This document shows, piece after piece, positions 22,376 through 33,816 of a stretch of 37,631 nucleotides of DNA (the stretch's first letter is position 1; every line of letters starts with the position of its first letter). The notes beneath the pieces are model-generated. The model saw nothing but the letters and a program-made list of their open reading frames with translations, had not been told where the DNA came from and did not search any database. The DNA lies in NCBI RefSeq assembly GCF_001194135.2, contig NC_068993.1, positions 38,887,011-38,924,641 of the forward strand, in the 5' to 3' direction. Position numbers and translations under genes: made by a program. The DNA comes from Octopus bimaculoides. Its lineage: Eukaryota.

Positions 22376-22434
22376 CTTTTTCAATCTGACATTGAGACTT
22401 TTTCAATCTGACATTGAGACTTTTTCAATCTGAC
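22376..22434. repeat. 22-bp tandem repeat x2.7 at the inversion junction
   Basis: ctttttcaatctgacattgaga repeated. Confidence 0.92.
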
Positions 22435-23260
22435 TAGAAAACATGCGAATGCTTTCGTACACCATTATGTCAAACGCAGTTACAATGAATCGTGATTAAG
22501 GGAAATAGCAAATGACAAAGCTAAGATTAGCAAAGAAAGCCAAACCTTCGCGCATAATTTTAACAGACACAATACAATATGTGACAAAATTCCTTTAGTG
22601 ATGAACTGGCACCGAAATTTCGCTGGCATTTCAAAAGTATTGCATAAAAGTTACCAGCATGTTGCGGAAAAATATCCTCGTTTCAAACAGATATTTCCTC
22701 AGCCATTTATTGTAGCCTTTAGACTGGATAAAAATATAATAGAACTATTAATCTCTACTTCTGACTCCAAGAAAACGAACATTGGAATATCTGCGCGCTG
22801 TACCTTGAAAAACAGCTGCAAGTGAGGTAAGCCCTGTTCATTGTGCAACAACATGAGTCAAGTGAATTCCATCAGGAATCATAACAGAAATGTTATGATC
22901 TATGCAGGTGGGACATGTAGAGATTCCCATTTGGTGTACGCAGCAGAATGCACGAAACACAACTTGATTTATGTTGGTTGTACAACAGAACAATTAAACA
23001 AATATTTAATGGGCACAAATATGACATAAGGCGCAATAACAATAGTTCGACAGAACTTGCCGAACGTCAAGCGGCTGCAATATTGAAAAAGACTTGAAAG
23101 TGCATATTCTCAGAAAATATTCTGAATCTGATACACTTTCAATACTCAAAATGCATGAGGAGAAATATATTTGCGTGTTATTAACATCACGCCCTGGAGG
23201 AATGAATAAAATGACAGGAGAATTTCATCAAATTTACACAAAACAGTTTGATCAAATATT
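22435..23260 (+). pseudogene. PLE RT-thumb/linker plus GIY-YIG endonuclease pseudogene
   Basis: KIPLVMNWHRNFAGISKVLHK...FKQIFPQPFIVAFRLDKNI, KPCSLC, LVYAAECTKHNLIYVGCTTEQLNK, NGHKYDI, HEEKYICVLLTSRPGGMNK; stops and frameshifts present. Confidence 0.9.
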
Positions 23261-23611
23261 CTTCTTTTTCCTTTTCTTTTTTCTTTCCTTTTCTTTTTTC
23301 TCTTTTTTCCTTTCTTTTCTTTTCGCCAGTTGTAGAATTGAAACTTGAAGACTGATGATGTCATTCCATCAACGTGTGGACGCTGGTTGCTCTCGTTCAT
23401 ATTCTAGATTCGTATTTCTATAATTTTCAATTTTTATCACTTTTCATTTTGAATTCGACAAAGACAGGCTTGCTGTGGAAATATCGTTCTACCAATAAAA
23501 TATCTATTGCAATGGCATCGTTCTCTTCGTCTTGTCTGTTCACCATTGTGAAGAGTTACGTCAATCGTTTAAAATAATAATAATAATGATAATAATAAAT
23601 GTAATAATAAT

Positions 23612-23750
23612 AATCCTTATTTTATCAACCCCGAAAGGATGAATGGCAAAGTCGACCACAGCGGAATTTGAACTCAGAACATAATGCCGGACGAAATACC
23701 GCAAAACATTTCGTCCAGCGTGCTAACGATTCTACTAGTTACCCGCCTTC
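23612..23750 (-). mobile_element. Family B SINE, 3'-truncated
   Basis: ccccgaaaggatgaatggcaaagtcgacc...gaatttgaactcagaac. Confidence 0.82.
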
Positions 23751-23844
23751 TGCCGTCTTAATAATACGAATGACGATTATTATTTCTTTAATTACGTTTT
23801 GTTAGACGGATAGAAGAGCATGACAGGACAAGTTATGAAGACAA

Positions 23845-24300
23845 TGGCACTTTATATAGCAAAGAGGAGCGAGGGCTTCGATAGCAGATCCCTGAGAACA
23901 GACGAGAACGTTACATGGTACCATCACGTTTTCAACAAAGAACTGTGTGCTCGCACGCAGCCTCCCACCGCATAGCTATCCGTCGCATGTGTTAGTACGG
24001 ACACCTCCTCCGTCTCCCGCTAGATCATCCTACCAAGAGGTTTACTCTCACGCAAGGCAGCAGCTGCGGGCTGGGAGCTGTCTCAAGGAAGGCCTCGCAC
24101 CACGTGGTTGAACGTGATTGGAGAAGATGTCCAGAGGCTCGCCGTCACATGGGAGGATGAAGAGGGGCTGGTACGGGATCACCAGCGACGGCGAGTACTG
24201 GTGGACCTGGTCGGCCCTACGCATGATAACGCTTCTGGGACCACGAACTTGGAATGACCGCAGCCCATGAAGCGAGAACATGAAGCCAAGCCAAACCAGA
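23845..24300 (+). mobile_element. RTE LINE 3' end fragment
   Basis: LYSKEERGFDSRSLR, WYHHVFNKEL, GWELSQGRPRTTWLNVIGEDV..WED; followed by an aagcc-type short-repeat tail. Confidence 0.8.
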
Positions 24301-24319
24301 TTAGGAAAACAACACCTGT

Positions 24320-24354
<35 letters not shown>

Positions 24355-24579
24355 CGACAATAATAACAAGCAGGAAAACTAAAAAAATAAACAAAAGATT
24401 TCAAATGAGAGACGCCAACAGCAGGTCGGTCAACCAGGTTCAATAAAGGACAGCTCCAAGAGATCCACGATTAAAGTGGATACTCTTTTCTAGCTGTTAT
24501 CCAGTCTACTGATGAGACGCATGTTCAACGTTAGCCCATCAACCTGAGTCATACACGTCTCTCTCTCTCTCTTTCTCTC

Positions 24580-25519
24580 NNNNNNNNNNNNNNNNNNNNN
24601 NNNNNNNNNNNNNNNNNNNNNNNNNNNNNNNNNNNNNNNNNNNNNNNNNNNNNNNNNNNNNNNNNNNNNNNNNNNNNNNNNNNNNNNNNNNNNNNNNNNN
24701 NNNNNNNNNNNNNNNNNNNNNNNNNNNNNNNNNNNNNNNNNNNNNNNNNNNNNNNNNNNNNNNNNNNNNNNNNNNNNNNNNNNNNNNNNNNNNNNNNNNN
24801 NNNNNNNNNNNNNNNNNNNNNNNNNNNNNNNNNNNNNNNNNNNNNNNNNNNNNNNNNNNNNNNNNNNNNNNNNNNNNNNNNNNNNNNNNNNNNNNNNNNN
24901 NNNNNNNNNNNNNNNNNNNNNNNNNNNNNNNNNNNNNNNNNNNNNNNNNNNNNNNNNNNNNNNNNNNNNNNNNNNNNNNNNNNNNNNNNNNNNNNNNNNN
25001 NNNNNNNNNNNNNNNNNNNNNNNNNNNNNNNNNNNNNNNNNNNNNNNNNNNNNNNNNNNNNNNNNNNNNNNNNNNNNNNNNNNNNNNNNNNNNNNNNNNN
25101 NNNNNNNNNNNNNNNNNNNNNNNNNNNNNNNNNNNNNNNNNNNNNNNNNNNNNNNNNNNNNNNNNNNNNNNNNNNNNNNNNNNNNNNNNNNNNNNNNNNN
25201 NNNNNNNNNNNNNNNNNNNNNNNNNNNNNNNNNNNNNNNNNNNNNNNNNNNNNNNNNNNNNNNNNNNNNNNNNNNNNNNNNNNNNNNNNNNNNNNNNNNN
25301 NNNNNNNNNNNNNNNNNNNNNNNNNNNNNNNNNNNNNNNNNNNNNNNNNNNNNNNNNNNNNNNNNNNNNNNNNNNNNNNNNNNNNNNNNNNNNNNNNNNN
25401 NNNNNNNNNNNNNNNNNNNNNNNNNNNNNNNNNNNNNNNNNNNNNNNNNNNNNNNNNNNNNNNNNNNNNNNNNNNNNNNNNNNNNNNNNNNNNNNNNNNN
25501 NNNNNNNNNNNNNNNNNNN
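24580..25519. other. Assembly gap
   Basis: Run of N. Confidence 1.
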
Positions 25520-25545
25520 ATATATACCTCGTTCAGAGATTTAAA

Positions 25546-25588
<43 letters not shown>

Positions 25589-25718
25589 TGCGGGAGCATA
25601 TATAAACATACATTTATGTATTCATATATATATATATATATAAACACACACACACATCCATACGTATACACATTCTTATATACATGCATGCAAATACATG
25701 CATACGTGCATACATACA

Positions 25719-25750
<32 letters not shown>

Positions 25751-26576
25751 GATAGAAATACGTACACACTAAGGTGAGAGAGGAGAGGAAAACAAAGAAG
25801 AAAAAGAAGAAGAAGAAGAAGAAGAAGAAGAAAGAAAAGGAGACAGAGCGTGAGTACTTTCCACCACCAACAGATGGAAACAAGGAAGCTGGGGGTAAGC
25901 AAGGAACTCAATGAATGAAACCTATTTGTTATCATGTTATTACAAACATGTACTACTAGCAGCAAAGTGGGTGAGAGATCGGGGTGGATGGTGGCTGAGG
26001 GTGAGAGAGAGAGAGAGAGAGAGAGTGAGGGAGAAATCGGGGTGGAAGTAGGTACGGGATGAGAAAGCGGGTGGGTAGGTGGGTGTGCGGGTGGGCCAAA
26101 TGCAGTTGTTGGTTCAGTTGGTGTATTGTTTGTTAAACACCCTTCCATTTCCAGCCCCCACCCCACCTACATTCCACTCCACCCACCCAAATTCCACTCT
26201 ACCCCGTATCCACCGCTATATTCTAGCAATGGAGGAAAACAAAAGCAAGAAGTTAAAAAAAAAAAGAAAACAAAGATAACAAAGAAGGAAATGAAGAAAT
26301 AAAGAATGATGGGATGTTTGTTTCTCTTAATAAAATGTGGCTCTGTAATGATAGATCAGTCAACTTGTAGCTACTGTATACAGACACCCTCTCTTTTACA
26401 TAAAACACACCGCAACACACACACACTATACTGCATTACACGCACCTCGCCATACCACACGAATAAGACACCCCTCTTGTTTCACCACCACCACCAAATA
26501 CACACACACACACACAGATATAGACACAAACACACACGGACACACACAAACACACATAGACACGCACATATGTATT

Positions 26577-26622
<46 letters not shown>

Positions 26623-26756
26623 TGTATTTACATCTACATGTATATATACATAAATAAACAAGTACACACACACACACACACATACATATCCATCTATCCA
26701 TGTATGAGTGTGTGCGTATGTGTGTATGTGCGTACATATATATATGTGTGTGTGTT

Positions 26757-26822
26757 ATTTCTTTACTACCCACAAGGGGCTACACACAGAGGGGACAAAC
26801 AAGGACAGACAAACGGATTAAG
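26757..26822 (-). mobile_element. Family B SINE tail type 1 fragment
   Basis: Revcomp of the tail at 27355-27421. Confidence 0.85.
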
Positions 26823-27015
26823 TTTTTTCAGTCACTTGACTGCAGCCATACAGGAGCACCGCCTTTAGTCGAACAAATCAACCCCAGGACTTATTGTTTG
26901 TAAGCGTAGTACTTATTCTATCGGTCTCTTTTACCGAAACGCTAAGTTAAGAGACGTCAACACACCAACATCAATGTGAAGCGATGGTGGGGGACATACA
27001 CGGACACACACATAT
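26823..27015 (-). mobile_element. SINE family A 3' half
   Basis: ttcagtcacttgactgcagcca...ctaagttaagagacgtcaacacacca. Confidence 0.85.
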
Positions 27016-27024
27016 ATATGAAGG

Positions 27025-27170
27025 AGCACTCTGTTGGTTACGACGACGAGGGTCCCAGCTGATATGATCAACGGAACAGCTTGGTCGTGAAATTAGACGT
27101 GCAAGTGACTGAGCACTCCACAGACACGTGTACCTTTAACGTAGTTCTCTGGGAGATTCAGCGCGACACA
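27025..27170 (-). mobile_element. SINE family C tail type 2 fragment
   Basis: Revcomp matches 37515-37631 (gagaactacgttaa.ggtacacgtgtctgt.gagtgctcag.cacttgcacg). Confidence 0.8.
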
Positions 27171-27189
27171 CATACTGGCGACACACAAT

Positions 27190-27421
27190 GGCGGCGAGCT
27201 GGCAGAACCGTTAGCACACCGGGCGAAATGCTTAGCGGTATTTCGTCTGCCCGCTACGTTCTGAGTTCAAATTCCGCCGAGGTCGACTTTGCCTTTCATC
27301 CTTTCGGGGTCGATTAAATAAGTACCAGTTACGCACTGGGGTCGATATAATCGATTTAATCCGTTTGTCTGTCCTTGTTTGTCCCCTCTGTGTGTAGCCC
27401 CTTGTGGGTAGTAAAGAAATA
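27190..27421 (+). mobile_element. Family B SINE, full length, tail type 1
   Basis: High identity to 16688-16920. Confidence 0.9.
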
Positions 27422-27429
27422 ACACATAC

Positions 27430-27554
27430 TGTTCGCTTTGGAGCAACGTGAAATAAAGTGTTATGCTCAAGGACACAACGCGTCGCAGAGAATTGAACTC
27501 ACGACCATACGATCGTGAGCCGAACGCCCTAACCACTAAGCCACACACCTTCAC
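27430..27554 (-). mobile_element. tRNA-derived SINE (family D) head
   Basis: Revcomp gtgtggcttagtggttagggcgttcggctcacgatcgtatggtcgtgagttcaattc (A/B boxes) followed by gtgtccttgagca.aacactttatttcacg. Confidence 0.75.
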
Positions 27555-27570
27555 TATATATATATATATA

Positions 27571-27977
27571 GGAGGAATTTCAACCATGTGTCGTGGTCTG
27601 CTACCAGATAAGCTCCTTTATAGGATCCAGTTAACTCAAGACATCACCAGGAGGAACCACGTCCGGTTTCGGCCCCTACTCCTCTTCCTTTTTGACGTGG
27701 CGGGCCCCCTTCCTTTCGGAGGTGTCTTCAGCTCTGGTGTTGAGTGCATGTCTTCTTCTTTCTTCTGTTCCCTGGCCTCTTTGATGCAACGTTAACGAGT
27801 GTCAGCGGTCGATTGACTGTCTTGTCAAATTTCCCTTTAAATACCCGCTAGTAGGCTCCAACAAGTAGCTCCAACAAGCAGCCCCAACAAACTGTCACGT
27901 GACACTGTCTAAACTTTAACTGACCAATGAGGGGCGTAGTCTTACCCGCTACTAGGTTCCAGCAGGCAGCCCCAGCA
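27571..27977 (-). mobile_element. ~410-bp GC-richer insertion within (TA)n, PLE-terminal-like
   Basis: (TA)n on both flanks; contains a tgtcacgtgaca palindrome, ccaat, tatttaaag, and CTGAAGA...GAAAC on the minus strand. Family assignment is inference. Confidence 0.45.
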
Positions 27978-28002
27978 ATATATATATATAAAATATATCT
28001 AT

Positions 28003-28150
28003 AGTGTGGTAAGAAGCTTGCTTCCCAACTACATGGTTCCGGGTTCAGTCCCATTGTGTGACACCTTGGGCAAGTGTCTTCTACTATAGCCTCGGACCGA
28101 CCAAAGCCTTGTGAGTGGATTTGGTAAACGGAAACTGAAAGAAGCCCGTC
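28003..28150 (+). mobile_element. SINE family A head/5' half
   Basis: gtgtggtaagaagcttgc...gggttcagtccc...gaaagaagcccgtc. Confidence 0.87.
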
Positions 28151-28219
28151 TTATGTATGTATATATGCATACATAATTCATACCTATTCACATGCATTTT
28201 AACCAGTGCCAAAACCGTC

Positions 28220-28286
28220 TCCACCACCAACATCATCCTCTCCTCTTCCTCCTCCTCCTCCTACTCGTCGTCGTCATCATCACCAC

Positions 28287-28347
<61 letters not shown>

Positions 28348-28640
28348 GTCGTCGTTATCATCAGCAGAGGCAACACCATCACAGTCATTATTCAAACACA
28401 CGCCCATCCATGTGCACAGGCATGCACACTCATACACAAATACACGCCAAACATCCCCTCATCCCCTCCCACGCTACTCCACTTCCACCACGTCCCCCAC
28501 CACTACCACTAGTATTACTGCCTTTGTTATCATCATCTACATTGTCACCATCACAATCATTATCTCCAACACCATCACCACCGCCACCACCACCACCACC
28601 ACCACCACCACCACCAACACCAACACCTCCACCACTATCT
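28220..28640. repeat. (CAT)n/(CAC)n low-complexity region
   Basis: Direct reading. Confidence 0.9.
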
Positions 28641-29177
28641 GGTTATATTACAGTATAGCAACACTACAAGTCACTTATCTTAGCTAGTATGGTGGCGTTG
28701 GTGGTGATGACAGTTTGATGGTGCTGATGACGGCGTCGTCGGTGGCGGTATTGCTGTTGGTGGTAGTGGTGGTGGTGTCGATAGGGGTGAGGAAGCTGGG
28801 ATAAAGAAGAAGGCAGCATTTGTTAATATATTTTTGCACTTTGTGTTCATAAAGCCTTGTGAGTGGATTTGGTACACGGAAACTGAAAGAAGCCCATCGT
28901 ATATATATATACATACGCGCCCTCACACACACATAGCCGAACGCACATATGTACACACACACACCCATATATACGCGCACGCCTACATACACAGCCGCAT
29001 ACACATGCACACACATACACACAGGAGTGCACACACAAAATAACACACATACCTGGCACACATACGCACGCACACACATAAACACACACATACACACCCC
29101 TCACATACATAAAACCACACACACACACATACACGACACACATACACATATACACACATGCACACATACACATATAC

Positions 29178-29790
29178 NNNNNNNNNNNNNNNNNNNNNNN
29201 NNNNNNNNNNNNNNNNNNNNNNNNNNNNNNNNNNNNNNNNNNNNNNNNNNNNNNNNNNNNNNNNNNNNNNNNNNNNNNNNNNNNNNNNNNNNNNNNNNNN
29301 NNNNNNNNNNNNNNNNNNNNNNNNNNNNNNNNNNNNNNNNNNNNNNNNNNNNNNNNNNNNNNNNNNNNNNNNNNNNNNNNNNNNNNNNNNNNNNNNNNNN
29401 NNNNNNNNNNNNNNNNNNNNNNNNNNNNNNNNNNNNNNNNNNNNNNNNNNNNNNNNNNNNNNNNNNNNNNNNNNNNNNNNNNNNNNNNNNNNNNNNNNNN
29501 NNNNNNNNNNNNNNNNNNNNNNNNNNNNNNNNNNNNNNNNNNNNNNNNNNNNNNNNNNNNNNNNNNNNNNNNNNNNNNNNNNNNNNNNNNNNNNNNNNNN
29601 NNNNNNNNNNNNNNNNNNNNNNNNNNNNNNNNNNNNNNNNNNNNNNNNNNNNNNNNNNNNNNNNNNNNNNNNNNNNNNNNNNNNNNNNNNNNNNNNNNNN
29701 NNNNNNNNNNNNNNNNNNNNNNNNNNNNNNNNNNNNNNNNNNNNNNNNNNNNNNNNNNNNNNNNNNNNNNNNNNNNNNNNNNNNNNNNNN
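29178..29790. other. Assembly gap
   Basis: Run of N. Confidence 1.
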
Positions 29791-29920
29791 TTTTTCACTC
29801 TCCTATCTTAGAAAGAACTTTTCCCCCACCACCTCCTCTTCCGGTCTTTTCATCATGTAACCTCGTGGGCATCGGTACCATTTTCCTCTTTCTCCGTTCT
29901 TCCATTCTCCGAACTTTCCA

Positions 29921-29956
29921 TCTTTCCGACAAAGGGCTACGCCCGAAACGTCATAC
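29921..29956 (+). ncRNA. Degenerate ultra-minimal hammerhead motif (PLE type)
   Basis: TCTTT-CCGACAA-A-GGGC-TAC-GCCC-GAAACGTC-ATAC; the core differs from CTGACGA by two transitions. Confidence 0.55.
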
Positions 29957-30069
29957 ACTCTCTCTTTCCTTTCCTGAGCGTCCAATAATACTATCCATAT
30001 CACGTCCTCACTTTGTTGTTTTTTTGTTTTTTTGTTATTGTTTTTTTGAACTATATATATATATATATA

Positions 30070-30485
30070 CGTATGTGTGTGTGTTTGTGTCAGTGTTTGT
30101 CGCCCCCCATCGCTTGAGAAATGATGTTTGCGTGTTTACGTCCCTGTAACTTAGCGATTCGGTAAAGAAACCGATAGAATAAGCACCAGGCTTGCAAATA
30201 TGAAATCCAGGAATCGATTTCTTCGACTAAAAGGTGGTGCACCAGCATGGCCCCAGTCAATAAGTAAAAGAATAAAAGAATATATATATATGTGTATGTC
30301 TTTGCATGTTTTTGTCCACCACTACCGCTTGACAACCAGTGTTTGTGTGTCCACGCCGCCTTAATCTAGTGGTTTGGCCAAAGAGTTCGATCAAATAAAT
30401 ACCAGACTTCAAAAGAAATAACAAGTACTAGGGTCGATTCGTTTGAGTAAAATTCTTCAAGGCTAATGACTGAAGCAAGTAAAAT
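30070..30485 (+). mobile_element. Two tandem SINE family A 3' halves (30070-30290; 30295-30485)
   Basis: Each reads gtttgt..ccc...cgcttga.aac...gaataa..acca.gctt...gtcgatt. Confidence 0.75.
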
Positions 30486-31152
30486 ATACAGGCGCATATA
30501 CTCCATTGTGACCTTTGATCAATTAAAGCACTACGGTGGTGTGATTCGAGGGAGATTTAGCTGCCATATCTAGTACGTCAAGCTGCCATATAGACGTTCC
30601 TTCCAAGGGGCTCTGGAAATTCATTGTTGTGAGTTCGAGTTCCTTTGGTGGTTGACTTTGCCTTTTATCTTTGTGGTGGGGTGGTGACGGGGTTGATATG
30701 ATACATTCATAGCAAGACTGTATGGCAATTAATTTTGCGCTGAATGCAAGAAAAAAAGGGAAGTTCAATATTTCGGACAGTGGTGCTTTGTCTAGAACAG
30801 AACAAGGATGTAAAATAAGAGGAAAAAAGAAAAGAAAGCTTCGTGGCGGCAATGTTTAACGATGATGAAATCCATACGATAAATGAATGAAATGAATGAT
30901 GAAATGGTGTTTTCAAGTCAACGGCGAGGAAATTTCAAAAGAGTTTATTCATGAGTTGGTTAGAGGCCGTATATATGTATGTGTTTTATACAACCATGAG
31001 AGGTGAGACTATGTTCTGTACATGTTTGCGCATCTATGTATGCTTGTGTATAGCTGTATGTATGTGAGCATACTGTATGACATTGCGTAGGCGTATGCGT
31101 GTACGACTGCATAAATAGATTCTACCAGTTCATCGTTTTTATTAATCATAAT

Positions 31153-31560
31153 TACTCTTTTACTCTTTTACTTGTTTCAGTCATTTGACTGCGGCCATGC
31201 TGGAGCACCGCCTTTAGTCGAGAAAATCGACCCCAGGAGTTATTCTTTGTAAGCCTAGTACTTATTCTATCGGTCTCTTTTGCCGAACCGCTAAGTTACG
31301 GGGACGTAAACACACCAGCATCAGTTGTCAAGCGATGGTGGGGGGACAAACACAGACACACAAACACACACACACACACATACATATATGTATACATATA
31401 TACGACGGGCTTCTTTCAGTTTCCGTCTACCAAATCCATTCACAAGGCTTTGGTCGGCCCGAGGCTATAGTAGAAGACACTAGCCCAAGGTGCCACGCAG
31501 TGGGACTGAACTCGGAACCATGTGGTTGGTAAGCAAGCTACTTACCACACAGCCACTCCT
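31153..31560 (-). mobile_element. SINE family A, full length, low divergence
   Basis: Complete head, (CA)/(TA) linker, 3' half and (tactcttt)n tail. Confidence 0.92.
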
Positions 31561-31594
31561 TAGTGCCATTTTGGCACTAATTTTAGTGGGTTGA

Positions 31595-31750
31595 GTGTCA
31601 GCCGATTACTTGATTGGTACCTAGTTTATCAATTCCCAAAAATAAGGGGAAAATTTGACCTCATTGGGATTTGAACTCAGAACGTAAAGAACCAGAAGAA
31701 AAGCCTGTGAGTATTTTGTCCGACCCGCAAACGATTCCGGCAGCTCGACT
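31595..31750 (-). mobile_element. Degenerate family B SINE
   Basis: ggtac...tttatc...gatttgaactcagaacgtaaag...aacgattccggcagctcg. Confidence 0.65.
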
Positions 31751-32485
31751 CCAAGTAGGAGAAGAAGAGGAAGAAGAAAAATAGTGAAAGATCTGTTGAC
31801 ATATTTTATCTGTGTTAAAAAAATACTGACAGAAATAAGAAGACAAACACAAAAGACGAAAAGAAAATGGGACGAAAAACAATTGATAATGGAGCCATTG
31901 TTGAAGCTGATATTTGGAAATATAACATCTGGGATAATTCCAAGTATCTTAATAACAATAGTTTCAATGACGTGGAAAGTATATACATACGTACTTGCGT
32001 ACGTACGTACATACATACATACATACATACGTACATACATATATACATAAATGTGTGTTTGTGTGTGTGTGTATATGTGTGTATGTATGTGTGTGTGTAT
32101 GTGTACACACGCACTAATACATACATAAACAGATAGATAGATAGCTACCGATGTATATATATATATATATATATATACATATCTATCTATCTATCTGTTT
32201 ATATATNNNNNNNNNNNNNNNNNNNNNNNNNNNNNNNNNNNNNNNNNNNNNNNNNNNNNNNNNNNNNNNNNNNNNNNNNNNNNNNNNNNNNNNNNNNNNN
32301 NNNNNNNNNNNNNNNNNNNNNNNNNNNNNNNNNNNNNNNNNNNNNNNNNNNNNNNNNNNNNNNNNNNNNNNNNNNNNNNNNNNNNNNNNNNNNNNNNNNN
32401 NNNNNNNNNNNNNNNNNNNNNNNNNNNNNNNNNNNNNNNNNNNNNNNNNNNNNNNNNNNNNNNNNNNNNNNNNNNNNNNNNNNNN

Positions 32486-32578
<93 letters not shown>

Positions 32579-33264
32579 TTATCTATCTATCTGTTTATGT
32601 GTGTATTAGTACGTTTGTACACATACACACACGCACACGCACATACATACACACACATACACACATATACGTACACACATATATATGTGTATATGAATAA
32701 AGTACGTCAACACGTAAATATACTCCTATATTTAAATACGTACTTACATATATATCATTATACATATAAGCACGCACACACATACATATCCACGCGTATA
32801 TATTTATTCACGCACTTGTACACGAATATATGTATACACATACACGCAAACACACGCATACAGTTAATAACCCAGAAATTGTCGAATGTTTCCCGTTATT
32901 CTATTATTGTATTAAATATTTTTTGGAAACTTACCAGGTGTTATGTACATACGTACACACGTAGACTGACGCACATACGCATTCGATCTCTCTGTCCGTC
33001 AGTCACTGTCCTGTCTCTCTCACACTCAAATATTTCGCGAAACCATGCGTTCGATCCCAATCCCTGTTATCTTAGGCAAGATTTTTGTCTTCGTTTTTTT
33101 CTTTTTTCACGACAGTTTGTTTTTAGTCCAAAATTTCTGACTCAGAAAATCCTTTGTATATTAAATTAAAGGTATGTCTATGGAAAACTCAGCCATATAT
33201 AAAATATATATATAGACATATGTATGTTTACATAAATAAATATGTCAATGTATATATGTATATA

Positions 33265-33412
33265 GGCGTAGAAGTAGCCGTGTGGTTAGTAACTTGCTTA
33301 CGAACCACATGGTTCCGGGTTCAGTCCCACTGCGTGGGACCTTGGGCAAGTGTCTTCTGCTATAGCCTCGGGCCAACGAAATCCCTGTGAAAACAGAAAG
33401 AAGCCCGTCGTT

Positions 33413-33501
<89 letters not shown>

Positions 33502-33636
33502 ATGTATGTGTGTGCATATGTTTACGTGTCTGTGTTTGTCCCCCCAACATCGTTTGACAATCGATGCCGGTGTGTTTACGTCCCTGTAACTAAGCATTTC
33601 GGCAAAAGAGACCGATAGAATAAGTACTAGGCTTAC
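33265..33636 (+). mobile_element. SINE family A, 3'-truncated
   Basis: Head, (TA)(TG)n linker, and 3' half up to agtactaggcttac. Confidence 0.88.
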
Positions 33637-33639
33637 AGA

Positions 33640-33816
33640 GAAAACAAGGACAGGTCATTCGGAGTTTTCTTTCTTCAGTCGAGATCCAGCTTATCCTTGC
33701 AATTTCAGCTGGTTATTCTCAATATTGCTCCAATCTGGCCAGCCCCAAAGAAAAACTAAGCTAAGAGCATTAGATTCCTTGGAAGAAAGCAGCGAATGTA
33801 TATAAAAACAAGGACA
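33640..33816. repeat. Dispersed repeat, second copy of 1050-1245
   Basis: Direct alignment. Confidence 0.8.

Larger units (their letters stand above)
21931..23572 (+). mobile_element. Penelope-like retroelement, 5'-truncated, with inverted terminal repeat (21931-22370 vs 23083-23537)
   Basis: ~440-bp inverted arms (near-identical ORFs 22068+ and 23146- in the track) enclose a GIY-YIG relic; flanked by (AAT)n on both sides. Confidence 0.9.

Noticed and set aside
21293-22434. CRISPR-like arrays
   Set aside because: The tandem units (24 bp, 22 bp) have no unique spacers and the context is eukaryotic.
23345-23385. Active hammerhead in the Penelope terminal repeat
   Set aside because: CTGATGA is present, but it is followed by CATCAAC..GGA rather than GAAAC..GUH in both arms.
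27655-27710. HDV-like ribozyme
   Set aside because: Pseudoknot topology is possible, but no P3/P1.1/P4 or catalytic-C segment fits on either strand.
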